This document shows positions 63,483 through 64,000 of a stretch of 64,000 nt of DNA, piece by piece. The DNA comes from Gracilimonas sp. (GTDB lineage Bacteria > Bacteroidota > Rhodothermia > Balneolales > Balneolaceae). A program made the position numbers and the translations under genes. The notes under the pieces are model-generated. The model did not search any database. It worked only from the letters and a program-made list of their open reading frames with translations, and was not told the DNA's origin. Location of the stretch: NCBI RefSeq assembly GCF_014762685.1, contig NZ_JABURM010000006.1, positions 296,384-360,383 of the forward strand, in the 5' to 3' direction. Position 1 is the first letter of the stretch; each line of letters begins with the position of its first letter.

Positions 63483-64000
63483 TCACCAACCAACCCTTTT
63501 AATGTTTTCCCCGTCCGATTCAAAAATAATAGCTCGTTCTCGGCTTGTGAATAACACCTGAGCTTCTGTTTGGCTTAATCGTTGCAGAGCTTCTTTATGA
63601 GGATGCCGAAACCGGTTATTCTCAGCAAGGGAAACCAATGCCTTTTCGGGGGTCACATAGTTCAGAAAAGCAACCCCTGAGCTGGTTCTGCTGCCGTGAT
63701 GGCCCACTTTCAGTAAGTCTGTATCTAATAGGTCTCCATAATTACGTACCAGCCTTTCTTCTTGATTTTCGCCTGCATCGCCGGTGAACAAAAACTCTGA
63801 TTCACCATAGATAACATTCAAAACCACAGAGTGTTCGTTGGGATCAGAATTATAAAATTTACCGTCGGGCCCTAAAATTAAAAACAGCATCGCCGGATCT
63901 ATTCCCAAAGTATCCCCTGATTGAAGAGGTTTGACAGGGATTGATTTCTCCCGGGCCAAAGTCTTATACCTTTGATAAAGATTAGAATCATACTCATAGC
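63483..64000 (-). CDS. comEC: ComEC/Rec2 competence protein, C-terminal MBL domain (5' part lies beyond the window)
   Basis: FLFTGD......E..L......L..D.LKVGHHGS..SS...FL....P..A..S.......HP is typical of the ComEC metallo-beta-lactamase domain. The frame stays open to the window end. Confidence 0.8.
   Translation of the reverse strand, partial: YEYDSNLYQRYKTLAREKSIPVKPLQSGDTLGIDPAMLFLILGPDGKFYNSDPNEHSVVLNVIYGESEFLFTGDAGENQEERLVRNYGDLLDTDLLKVGHHGSRTSSGVAFLNYVTPEKALVSLAENNRFRHPHKEALQRLSQTEAQVLFTSRERAIIFESDGENIKRVGW

Noticed and set aside
1-64000. A scan for CRISPR arrays, IS elements/transposases, integrases, prophage genes, toxin-antitoxin pairs and known defence-system signatures (RT, Cas, restriction-modification, STAND NTPases).
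   Set aside because: None of the translated ORFs shows the corresponding motifs, and no spacer-repeat periodicity is visible. The only mobile-element-like trace is the direct-repeat-bracketed island reported above.

Overview
This is a 64-kb chromosomal window with a backbone of about 40% GC. The gene content (HisKA_2 and LytS/LytTR signalling proteins, many lipoproteins, weak Shine-Dalgarno usage) suggests an FCB-group bacterium (Bacteroidota/Balneolota-like); that taxonomy is inference only.

Core housekeeping genes dominate:
- aat (5' partial)
- ffh followed by the classic rpsP-rimM-trmD-rplS operon
- adk and smpB
- RNase P RNA (rnpB, minus strand, 28147-28502, not visible in the ORF track)
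- a Nif3/COG1579 pair
- the yggS ... divIVA neighbourhood
- purine nucleoside phosphorylase and isoaspartyl peptidase
- queA, dxs, xseB, tRNA-Arg(UCG) and a ComEC C-terminal fragment at the right edge

Signalling genes are three orphan HisKA_2-type histidine kinases, one lipoprotein/LytS-like kinase/LytTR regulator operon, and a membrane-anchored Kelch-like regulator with a C-terminal winged helix.

The accessory content is:
- a small AraC/DJ-1/cupin/MBL cluster that includes one strongly GC-rich TrmO-like gene
- a heavy-metal RND efflux operon (45.6-52.5 kb) with unusual His-rich accessory modules
- a roughly 5.3-kb higher-GC island (52.6-57.9 kb) carrying an S58/DmpA peptidase, two tandem amidohydrolases and a truncated beta-helix gene. 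It is bracketed by 24/25-nt direct repeats and lies directly 3' of tRNA-Arg.

I found no CRISPR array, transposase, integrase, phage module or recognisable defence system. The most unusual items are therefore the repeat-bracketed island, the His-rich metal-efflux accessories, the S16 protein with a roughly 230-aa acidic tail, a zinc-ribbon protein that has lost all four Cys ligands, and the reversed-topology Kelch/wHTH regulator. All functional calls come from motif recognition by eye; no database search was run.
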